Source: Acaryochloris marina S15 (lineage in GTDB: Bacteria > Cyanobacteriota > Cyanobacteriia > Thermosynechococcales > Thermosynechococcaceae). Taken from it: a stretch of 32,000 bases of DNA. The stretch lies in assembly GCF_018336915.1 (NCBI RefSeq), contig NZ_CP064923.1, positions 2,940,001 through 2,972,000 on the forward strand. The letters run 5' to 3'. Position 1 is the first letter of the stretch; each line of letters starts with the position of its first letter. A program made the position numbers and the translations under genes. This document shows, one piece after another, positions 9,921-17,919 of the stretch. The notes beneath the pieces were generated by a model, which saw only the letters and a program-made list of their open reading frames with translations, was not told where the DNA came from and made no database searches.

Positions 9921-10981
9921 CTAAGTACAGGACAAAAACGGTAACACCTCCCGGAACTCATCTGCCCTCTGGTCGAGATTGAGAACAATGCCTCGTAGAT
10001 GCTCAAAGCCATAACGAAAGATGCTTTTGGTTCTCCTGCCATGTTTCTTGAGCTTAAGAGGCTTGAGTTGATGCAACCATTGTCCAGTGCGAAAGGCCCA
10101 GCACAGAGCCAAAGTCAGTAATGCGAATAACTTACTGAGCCGCTCTACATCTTGTAGATGGGTAGATTCGAGACAAAATCCACGGGTTTTGAAAATGCCA
10201 AAGAGGGTTTCAATCCCCCACCGATGTGCATAATCAGAGATCGCAGTTTTAGGTGCATGAGCCGTCGCAACAATTAGTAGCTTCCCATCCTCAAGCTTGA
10301 GTGCAGCAACATAAACCCAATGGCCCATAAGCATCGACGATTCTTGAGTACCTGAGTCTGGTTGGGTTTCAAATGGGCAAAAACAACCTTACCTTTGAGA
10401 CCTGTTCGCCCCTTGGAGAGTTTGTCACTTTCACGAATGCGAATTCGGAAAGGCATGCGAGTTTGCTTGAGCAGATATTCAAACCACTGTTCTCCCATAA
10501 ACTCTCGGTCTGCCGTCAAGCACTGGACCTGTCGCTGGGGAAACAACTGTTGCCATTCATCCAGGAGCTCTATGCGTTCTTGAGTATTAGAGTTTCCCTT
10601 CTTATCTAGCATCCACCACAGCACTGGAAAAGCTACACCCTCATGAACAATTCCTAGTGTCAGGATATTGAACACGACTGAACCAAATTGCCATTGGGTG
10701 CGGTCAATACTAAGGACCCAAGGTTCAGGGATATCCATCAAGGACACGACGGTATGGGCAAAGTCGTAGTAATCTAGCTCAAAATTACGGAAGAATCGTT
10801 GTAAGCGTTTGTAGTGAGCGTCTTGAGTCGCTTTACCTCTAAATCCTGTCGCCAATTCTGAAAGGTTGACGGTCTTTACCCGAAACAGAGCTATCAAAAA
10901 TAAGGCGACAAAGCTCAATCGAGCACCATGCCATCGCAAGTGGGGCTGCAAGGTTTGACGAAGAAGAGTAACCTGATTCAT
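9921..10981 (-). pseudogene. IS4-C transposase, split into 235-aa and 137-aa ORFs by a 1-nt deletion relative to the left-arm copy
   Basis: The right copy has CCC at 10324-10326 where the left copy has GGGG at 5669-5672. Otherwise the two ORFs (10274-10981, 9921-10334) match the 353-aa protein. Confidence 0.85.
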
Positions 10982-11060
10982 AGGGTTTCATTGTGAGGGG
11001 TAGTTATCTCCATGGAACCCTATCTTTGTCTACGCTTTCAAGTTTTTGTCCTGTACTGAG
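9921..11060 (-). mobile_element. IS4-family element C (right-arm copy), 1140 bp
   Basis: Terminal inverted repeats ctaagtacaggacaaaaac (9921-9939) and gtttttgtcctgtactgag (11042-11060). 9-bp target duplication agaatttcc at 9912-9920 and 11061-11069, immediately inside the IS630 terminal repeat. Confidence 0.9.
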
Positions 11061-11111
11061 AGAATTTCCAGGTTGTAAACTACCTGAGTCCTCTTTTTTA
11101 CATCCATTGAT

Positions 11112-12112
11112 TTGATGTCAATTGTCCGTCCTATCTCCACCGAAAGCTTACGCTTATTGCATCGGATTTATCGCTGTAGTCGCCATCATCAGGTCAGACA
11201 ACGCGCCCATTGCCTCATTTTGTCTGCCCAGGGTGTGAGTCCCTACACCTTAGCCTCCCTTTTTAGTGTGAGTCCTAAAACCGTGTACAACTGGCTTAAG
11301 GCTTGGAATAACCGTGGTTTTGCAGGACTCTATAATCGCCCAGGTCGAGGTCGAAAACCGATGTTTAATCCCGACCAACAACAGCAGATTTATGAGTGGA
11401 CTCAGGCATCTCCCATCCAACTCAATCGGGTGCTAGCTCAGATTGAACAGCAGTGGTCAGTGCGCGTGTCAAAGGCCACCGTTAAACGCGTCTTGAAGCA
11501 GATGGATATGAGCTGGCATCGCTTTCGCCAAGGGACATCAGGCCAGCCTTTATATGCCGACTACCTCGAAAAAAACAGCAGTTAGAACATCTCAAGAAAC
11601 AAGAAGAGAAGGGAGACATCCACCTATTCTTTATGGATGAGAGTGGTTTTTCGTTAGTCCCCTGTATTCCCTACGGATGGCAACCCATAGGGACTTATCT
11701 GGAAATACCGACTCGTTCAAGTAAACGCTTGAATGTTCTGGGGTTTTTGAGTCGACGACAAGGGCTACATGCTTATACATCAGAACAGACCATCACCAGT
11801 GAGGTTGTCAGTCATTGCATTGATACCTTCTTTACTGACGTGGAGTTGCCCACCGTCATTGTGATGGATCAAGCCCCTATCCATACGAGCCAAGCAATCT
11901 ATGAGATGAAGGCAGAGTGGGCCGAACGGGGAATTACCTTGTTTGAGTTACCAAGCTATTCTCCCCATCTAAATTTGATTGAGCGTCTGTGGCAATTCAT
12001 GAAATATCAGTGGATTGAAATGAGTGCCTACTGGGGGTGGTCATCTTTGGTCGAATATGTGGAAAGAGTTTTGAAAACCTATGGCGATGATTATGTAATT
12101 AATTTTAGCTAA
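11112..12112 (+). CDS. IS630-family transposase in two frames (11112-11585 and 11633-12112), joined at A7 run 11569-11575
   Basis: Same proteins as 3883-4883(-). Frame 0 to frame -1 transition at gaa aaa aac. Confidence 0.85.
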
Positions 12113-13063
12113 GTGCTTATTAACAAGCTATATGTACCTCTAGTCCTGCTAGCCCTTAAGAACTGGCAATCTCATCGTCTATACCTGGCAATGGATACAA
12201 CGGTGTTATGGAATGAATATTGCATGATTCATCTATCCGTCGTCTGCTGTGGCAGAGCAGTACCGTTGTTGTGGAAAGTATTAGAGCACAAGAGTGCAGC
12301 TGTCGCTTTTGAGGAATATCAACCGCTATTGCGCCAGGCCCGTTGGTTATTGCGGCAGCATCCAGATGTCATGGTGTTAGCAGATCGTGGGTTTGCGAAC
12401 CATCAACTGATGAGCTGGTTACAACAGAGCCATTGGCATTACTGTCTGCGTGTCCCTTGTGATGTCCTTCTCCATGGTCCACGTCAATGTCCAAGAGAAG
12501 TCCGACAATTGTGGCCATCCAAAGGCGAAGCCCTCCTCTACCGCAATGTCGGTCTTTGGGAAGATGGCATCTATCGGTGCAATCTGGTGTTGGCTAATAT
12601 CCGAGGAGTGAAAGAACCATGGGCGGTGATTACAGATGAATCACCCACGCTACAGACCTTGTGGCAATACGCTTTGAGGTTTCGGGTCGAAGAATTATTT
12701 CTCGATAGTAAGTCTGGAGTGTTTGAGCTAGAAGAGTCGAAAATTCGCTGTGCTGATGCATTAGAGAGGCTTTATCTGGTTGCTGCTGTGGCACTGCTAT
12801 TCAGCACGACTCAAGGAATGGCTGTTCACATTAAAGGGCTGCGCCAACAGGTTGATCCACATTGGCGGCGAGGCATTAGTTATCTCAAAATTGGATTACG
12901 GTGGCTCAAGGGGGTAGTCCATAAAGGACGGGAGTTGTTGATGCCAGTCCCCTTGCTCTGCCATGATCCACAACCGTGTTTTGCGTCTAAAAAAGCTCAA
13001 AAGAAATACTACAACAAAATCTGGTTCTCTCACATCCGCTCTTTACAGTGCAAGGCTTTATGA
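12113..13063 (+). pseudogene. IS4-B transposase C-terminal catalytic part
   Basis: Identical to 2932-3882(-); YREK signature present. Confidence 0.85.
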
Positions 13064-13096
13064 GCAGGGGAAGGCAAAGATCTGTCAGGCAGTCAG

Positions 13097-13806
13097 GTTT
13101 CAAACACCTCAATGAGGCTATCGCAGTGGGGCTGGAGAAACTCAATCATCGGACCATGAAATCCTATGGTCTCTCGCGTCGAGAATTATTTGAGCAAGTG
13201 GACCAACCAGAACTCAGGCCCTTGCCCAGTCAAGTGTTTGAGTTTGGAGAATTTAAGAACGCAAAAGTGAGTTTTGATTATCACATTGAGGTGAACCGCC
13301 ACTATTACAGTGTCCCTTATGAATATGTGGGGAAATCAGTATCCGTCAAGATTACGGAATCTTTGGTGCAGATTTTCCATGACCATCAGCGCATTGCGAT
13401 ACATGAACGTTCTAGCTTGCCGTTTCAGCATTCCACTGAAGAGGGGCATATGCCACCAGCGCATTTGGCTTACAAAACCCAATCGAGAGAGACCTTCCTG
13501 GCTTGGGCCCAGAATGTTGGACCGGCGACAAAGCAGCAAGTGATAGATATCTTTGAGAAGAAAGCCCATGATGAACAGGCGTTTCGTGCTTTGAAAGGGG
13601 TGCAACATCTAAGAACAACCCATGGTGCTCAGCGATTGGAGGCGGCCTGTAAGCGAGCGAATGCCATGGGGATGGTGGGTCAACGCTATCTCAAGTCCAT
13701 GCTCCAACACAAACTGGAATCTGACCCCTTACCGGATGAGGAGCATAAGGTGGTGCTTCTTCACCATGCCAATGTCCGTGGGTCCAAATACTATCAAGCA
13801 ACTTAG
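13097..13806 (+). pseudogene. istA: IstA C-terminal fragment
   Basis: Identical to 2189-2898(-). The first 16 residues of ORF 13048-13806 derive from the IS4-B end. Confidence 0.85.
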
Positions 13807-13818
13807 GGGGAGACAACG

Positions 13819-14682
13819 ATGCAAGCAATGATTGACCAGCTGCAACACATGAAGCTTACGGAACTCTTGGAGGCTTGGCGAGAACAGCAGGCCTTGCCCA
13901 CCTATCATGATCTATCGTTCGATGAACGACTCGCTTTGATGGTAGAGCGTGAATACATCCGACGACAAAACCAACGGATGCAGCGCCGACTCCGGCAAGC
14001 TCGACTGCCGGTGCACGCCACCCTTGATGCAGTGGATTTTGATGTGCCCAGAGGGCTCAAAAAGATCCAGTTTCTCGAATTTGCTCAAGGCCATTGGCTC
14101 CAAGAAAATCTGTCATTGATTTTGCTTGGTCCCACGGGCGTGGGAAAGTCTTTCTTGTCAGCTGTACTGGCCCATCATTTGTGCAAACAAGGCCATAGCG
14201 TGCGCTATATCAAAACCGCTGATCTGGTTCTGGAGTTGAAGTTAGCCAAAGGAGATGGGTCTTATCCCAAACTCCGAAAACAATTAGCGGCTTACGATCT
14301 ACTCGTGCTCGATGAATGGCTTAGAGATCCACTGTCTGTCTTTGAGGCTAGAGAAATACTCGATATCTTAGATGAGCGTTTCCGTAAAGCTTCCTGTTTA
14401 TTTGCCACGCAAATGCCCCTCGAACAATGGCACTCACAAATTCAAGATCCCACCCTGGCTGATGCCATTCTTGACCGGATTATTCATGATGCGATGAAGG
14501 TCCCGCTTCGAGGAGAATCCATGAGGAAATTGACCAGTAAACTGACCCTGAAGCCAGAAGGGGACATCAGTAATGACCGTTCAGATGAGGATAAAACAAC
14601 GAGTGAAACAACCGCTACATCTAAGCCCAAAACACAAAAGGAGAAAAGGAATGAAAAAAAGGAAGGACAGATGGATGAATAG
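13819..14682 (+). CDS. istB: IS21-family helper ATPase IstB
   Basis: Identical to 1313-2176(-); Walker A/B motifs. Confidence 0.9.
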   Translation: MQAMIDQLQHMKLTELLEAWREQQALPTYHDLSFDERLALMVEREYIRRQNQRMQRRLRQARLPVHATLDAVDFDVPRGLKKIQFLEFAQGHWLQENLSLILLGPTGVGKSFLSAVLAHHLCKQGHSVRYIKTADLVLELKLAKGDGSYPKLRKQLAAYDLLVLDEWLRDPLSVFEAREILDILDERFRKASCLFATQMPLEQWHSQIQDPTLADAILDRIIHDAMKVPLRGESMRKLTSKLTLKPEGDISNDRSDEDKTTSETTATSKPKTQKEKRNEKKEGQMDE

Positions 14683-14904
14683 ACCCGATGAGCTCACGAT
14701 ATTCCTTTCGTGATATGTATGGATTCAGATCTAATTTTTTGCCTATGAATTGCAACAGCATTTTGGACATCTCAATTTACTCACCCGATATTAGCGAGTG
14801 AGTAAATTGATAGATTTTCGTCTGTTGCTACAAACTACGCAGCAATTGGACTCGCAGGTATTTTTGATTTCCCTTTTTTGACCACTGGTAAACGAGGACG
14901 AAGG

Positions 14905-16203
14905 GTCTGTGTTTGTCCTGAAGGGGCGACATGCGTCGTAAACCCCTTGCTATTTGTGCAATAACCCGATAGATAAGAAAAAAGATGGGCTGCAAATGAT
15001 GTATCTCCAGCTCACCTTATTGACAATGATATTGCCACTATACCAACCCCATTTACGCCGTCAACTGTCTCCTGCCCAGTATCTTCTCCTAGAGATCCTC
15101 GTTCATCTATTACAAACACTTCGCTGCGTCAAAATCGAGACGCTAGCAGAAGGGCTGCCACTGCCGATTCTTTTTGACAGTCGCCGAAAAAAATCCAACG
15201 GTTCTTATCCTTACCGACCCTTGAGCTTGAAACGCTTTGGGGCTACCGCTGGTTAAGCTGTGGCTGAGCCAGCAGTATCCTCAAGGCTCCCAGCTTTATG
15301 TCGTCATCGACCGTACGAGTTGGGGAGTGATTAATCTATTGGTGGTCAGCGTGGTCTGGCAACATCGCGCTATTCCCGTATGGTGTGAAGCCCTCTGCAA
15401 AAAGGGCAGCAGCAACTATGACGAGCAAACCGCTGTTTTAAGCAAAGTTATCAGCCATTTATCAGCCTATCGTCTGGTCATCCTCGGTGACCGAGAGTTT
15501 TGTTCCGTCAAGCTGGGGCAGTGGTTAGGCCAACAAGAGGTCTACTTTTGTCTGCGACTCAAGCGCAATACCGAAGTGGCTCTGGCTCAGCAGTTTACTC
15601 AACAACTCCAACAGTTTGGCCTTGTCCCAGGTCAAAAGCTATTTCTCAATGATGTGCGCGTCACTCAGGCTAAAGGCTTTGGAACTTTCAATGTGGCAGC
15701 CAAGTGGAAACGACGGTATCAGGGGTTTGCACCTGATGAAGCATGGTTTATTCTCACCAACTTCTGTGACCTCAATAGTGCTATCGTCAGCTACCAAAAA
15801 CGCTTCTCTATCGAAGAAATGTTTCGGGACTTCAAGAAAGGAGGCTATTGTCTCGAAGGCTCTCAAGCCATGCAAGAACGGTTGGTGGCTATCGTTATTG
15901 TGATTGCCATTGCCTATACCAGTGCGGCACTGCAAGGGCAAAATCTCAAGCAAAAAGGACTACAGCGCTATATTACTAGACCCGAATCCACCACTTCACT
16001 GAACAAGCGGCATAGTGCATTCCGAGTTGGACTATCTGCGTATATGTGGGCCATAACGGGGGATGGAGTTCTGGCTCGATTGGTGGATGAGCTAATGAAA
16101 CTCTCTCCCAATAAGCTACCTGAGTATCAACGGGGGATGAGAGCGATGGAGCTTGTCTGTGCTGGGTTGTAGCCTTCATGTCGCCCCCTCAGCTGAAACA
16201 GAC
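14905..16203 (+). mobile_element. IS4-family element A (complete copy; the palindrome passes through it)
   Basis: Core terminal inverted repeat ctgaaggggcgacatg (14918-14933) vs catgtcgccccctcag (16177-16192), 1 mismatch. There is weaker extension outward to gtctg (14905) and cagac (16203). No target duplication found. Confidence 0.65.
14954..16172 (+). pseudogene. IS4-family transposase of element A, in three frames (two 1-nt frameshifts)
   Basis: Frame change at A7 run 15187-15193: an extra A gives ...DSRRKKIQRFLSLPTLSLETLW. Second change at GGGG 15239-15242: an extra G gives ...LWGLPLVKLWLSQQY. The downstream part has VVIDRTSW, ILGDREF and YQKRFSIEEMFRDFK. Confidence 0.8.
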
Positions 16204-16942
16204 AATCCTTATTGTCAGCCCCATCCCGCAATCATGATGGTCACAGGCTATGTGGTAGAGAGAGGTTTAATCTTGCCCCCTTATGAAGTTGACCAGAAGA
16301 CCAATGAAATCAAGGCCTTGCCTGAAATGATTGAGCAGCTTGCTCTCAAAGGAGTGGTCTTTGCCTTTGATGCCATCAACACCCAAAAAAACAGCACAGC
16401 TCATTGTTGACAGTGGCAATGAGTATCTCGGGGCGCTCAAAGGCAACCAGAAAGGATTACTGACTGATGTGAAAGCACATTTTAAGCCAGAATCAACGGT
16501 TGAAACCCTGGGAAAAGGGCATGGTCGCATTGAAAAGCGAACCGTTAGTATCTGCCGTGACCTGAGTAATATTCGACAATGGCCAGGTCTCAAAACACTC
16601 ATTCGGGTTGAATCACAACGCTCTGAAATCTATAACGACATGATTGTCGATACCCAAGAGACTCGCTATTACATCACGTCACTCCTGGAGGAGGTAGAAC
16701 CTTTGGCACAAAGAATTCGGGGGTATTGGGGAGTAGAAAACAAGGTCCATTATGTTCGCGATGTCACCCAAGGTGAAGATGCTTCAAGGATTCGGACCAC
16801 ACCCCTTATTGGCCTGTTCGTACAAGCGCGTAATCTATCACTCAATCTTTATCGAGAATATGGATTCACCAATATGGCTCAGGCAAAGCGACGATGTGAA
16901 CAATCACTAGACATACTGATGGATGTTTTTAGAATGAAATAG
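16204..16942 (+). pseudogene. ISAs1-family transposase, N-terminally truncated and frameshifted at A7 run 16385-16391
   Basis: ...AIMMVTGYVVERGLILPPYEVDQKTNEIKALPEMIEQLALKGVVFAFDAINTQK / KTAQLIVDSGNEYLGALKGNQ...YWGVENKVHYVRDVTQGEDASRIRT matches the conserved ISAs1 (H-repeat) core. The ORFs 16153-16410 and 16331-16942 are consecutive parts in different frames. Confidence 0.8.
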
Positions 16943-17142
16943 CCCTGGTGGGAAGGGAGTATTCATGCAACAATACCCAATCGACAATGAATTCATTCAA
17001 CCATTGAATGTCTTGCTCCTGTCCACTTTTTCGAGTAAAGGTCACTGTCTACTTTTTCGAGACAAGATCATTTCAAAAATGGGCGAACCGTGAGTACAAG
17101 ATATATCGACTACTACACAGCTTTTTTTCAAAGGCTTTAATC

Positions 17143-17835
17143 TCAAACTTCAAAGTTAAATCCTTGTTGCTTCAATAGCTCATATTTGCTTTGGTCGAAC
17201 TGATAGAGCCTAGCAGCACGATGGGCAACTCCAATTTGTCGCTCATCCAGAGAGATTAAGAGATCCATTTTTAGCAATTTCTTACGGAAGTTACGTTTAT
17301 CTAAAGGATGACCCAAAACCGTTTCATAGAGATGCTGGATTTGGGTGAGCGTAAATTTTTGCGGCAGTAATTCAAAACCAATCGGTTCATAACGAACTTT
17401 GCTCTGCAAGCGGTGGATAGCCTGTTTCAAGATTTGAGCATGATCGAAGGCTAGGGATGGTAAATTTCCAAGGGAATACCAAGCTGCATCTTCAGCATCA
17501 GTAGCGGCCTGTAAGGGATATTCAATTAGGTTGATTAAAGCGTAGTAGGCAACGGAGATGATGCGATCGCGCGGATCTCGACCCAAATCACCAAAGGTAT
17601 AGAGCTGCTCTAGAAAGATACCTTGAACACCCGTTTCTTCCTGTAGTTCCCGGCGAGCCGCTTCTTCTAAAGATTCATCCATCTGCACAAAGCCGCCAGG
17701 CAGTGCCCACTGATGCTGGAAGGGAGGAATCTGGCGCTGAATTAGTAGGATTTTGAGATCAATCTGTTCGTCTAAGCCAAACACCACACAGTCAACGGTA
17801 AGACCAGGGCGCGGATAGTCATAGGTATAGGGCAT
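17143..17835 (-). CDS. nrtR: NrtR-family regulator: Nudix hydrolase domain fused to a C-terminal winged-helix DNA-binding domain
   Basis: Intact Nudix box [24 protein letters not shown] (GX5EX7REUXEEXGU). The C-terminal [33 protein letters not shown] is the hallmark NrtR wHTH segment. Size is 230 aa. Confidence 0.85.
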   Translation of the reverse strand: MPYTYDYPRPGLTVDCVVFGLDEQIDLKILLIQRQIPPFQHQWALPGGFVQMDESLEEAARRELQEETGVQGIFLEQLYTFGDLGRDPRDRIISVAYYALINLIEYPLQAATDAEDAAWYSLGNLPSLAFDHAQILKQAIHRLQSKVRYEPIGFELLPQKFTLTQIQHLYETVLGHPLDKRNFRKKLLKMDLLISLDERQIGVAHRAARLYQFDQSKYELLKQQGFNFEV

Positions 17836-17850
17836 AGGATAGGGTCAATC

Positions 17851-17879
17851 TTGACATCGTGTAAAAGTGACACTATGAT
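17851..17879 (+). promoter_or_regulatory. Sigma70-type promoter for the PP2C-led operon: TTGACA (17851-17856), 17-nt spacer, TATGAT (17874-17879)
   Basis: Read directly: cTTGACAtcgtgtaaaagtgacacTATGATag. It lies 16 bp from the nrtR start codon and about 40 bp upstream of ATG 17920. Confidence 0.6.
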
Positions 17880-17910
17880 AGATTTAGTTGAGTTAGTGTC
17901 ACTTTTACAC
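17859..17910. promoter_or_regulatory. Candidate operator: 17-bp perfect inverted repeat GTGTAAAAGTGACACTA (17859-17875) / TAGTGTCACTTTTACAC (17894-17910)
   Basis: Arms are exact reverse complements. Each arm holds a mini-palindrome AGTG-N-CACT. The left arm fills the -35/-10 spacer. Confidence 0.6.
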
Positions 17911-17919
17911 TATAGAGCA

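Larger units (their letters stand above)
9889..12112 (+). mobile_element. IS630-family element (right-arm copy) carrying IS4-C; boundaries +/- 5 bp
   Basis: Terminal inverted repeats aaaattaattacata (9898-9912) and tatgtaattaatttt (12092-12106). Confidence 0.7.
9552..13096 (+). mobile_element. IS4-family element B (right-arm copy)
   Basis: Terminal inverted repeats ctgattgcctgacaga (9552-9567) and tctgtcaggcagtcag (13081-13096). 9-bp target duplication gtttcaaac at 9543-9551 and 13097-13105. Removing the element restores the IstA sequence ...TSFKHLNEAI... Confidence 0.85.
8535..14904 (+). mobile_element. IS21-family element (right-arm copy) with nested IS4-B/IS630/IS4-C; left end approximate, right end unresolved between 14683 and 14904
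   Basis: istA fragments plus istB. The left-end region has duplicated motifs aacttcgccacccc (x2) and ccccctaacca (x2), resembling IS21-type multiple terminal repeats. I could not find the matching right-end repeat. Confidence 0.55.
1..15994. repeat. Spacer-less near-perfect palindrome; arms 1-7997 and 7998-15994; left arm is cut by the window edge, so the true extent is unknown
   Basis: Every ORF at x in 1-7659 has an identical-protein partner on the opposite strand at about 15995-x (e.g. 1313-2176/- vs 13819-14682/+; 7381-7659/- vs 8336-8614/+). Read by eye: 7981-7997 tggtaattaatagtatt is the exact reverse complement of 7998-8014, and 1-30 is the reverse complement of 15965-15994. Confidence 0.95.

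Noticed and set aside
9885-12113. TAAG (or TA) direct repeat at 9885-9888 and 12110-12113 as the IS630 target duplication
   Set aside because: These boundaries leave asymmetric element ends outside the 15-bp inverted repeats. In silico excision does not restore the IS4-B transposase frame. IS630 boundaries are therefore left approximate.
14683-14904. Reading the 220 bp after istB as the missing ISAs1 N-terminus (e.g. ...LTTGKRGRR... resembling DGKTLRGS) or as the IS21 right terminal repeat
   Set aside because: Similarity is too weak, there are stops in all frames, and there is no match to the left-end IS21 motifs. It is not supportable from sequence alone.
17025-17061. 11-bp direct repeat actttttcgag (17025-17035, 17051-17061) and small hairpin cattcaa-cca-ttgaatg between the ISAs1 remnant and nrtR
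   Set aside because: They are short and isolated. They could be ISAs1 terminal debris or chance, and no functional inference is justified.
17851-17919. Longer PP2C start at 17851 (TTG) from the ORF track
   Set aside because: These 23 codons coincide with the -35/-10 hexamers and the 17-bp inverted repeat. The in-frame ATG at 17920 (MQQHFEV...) is preferred.
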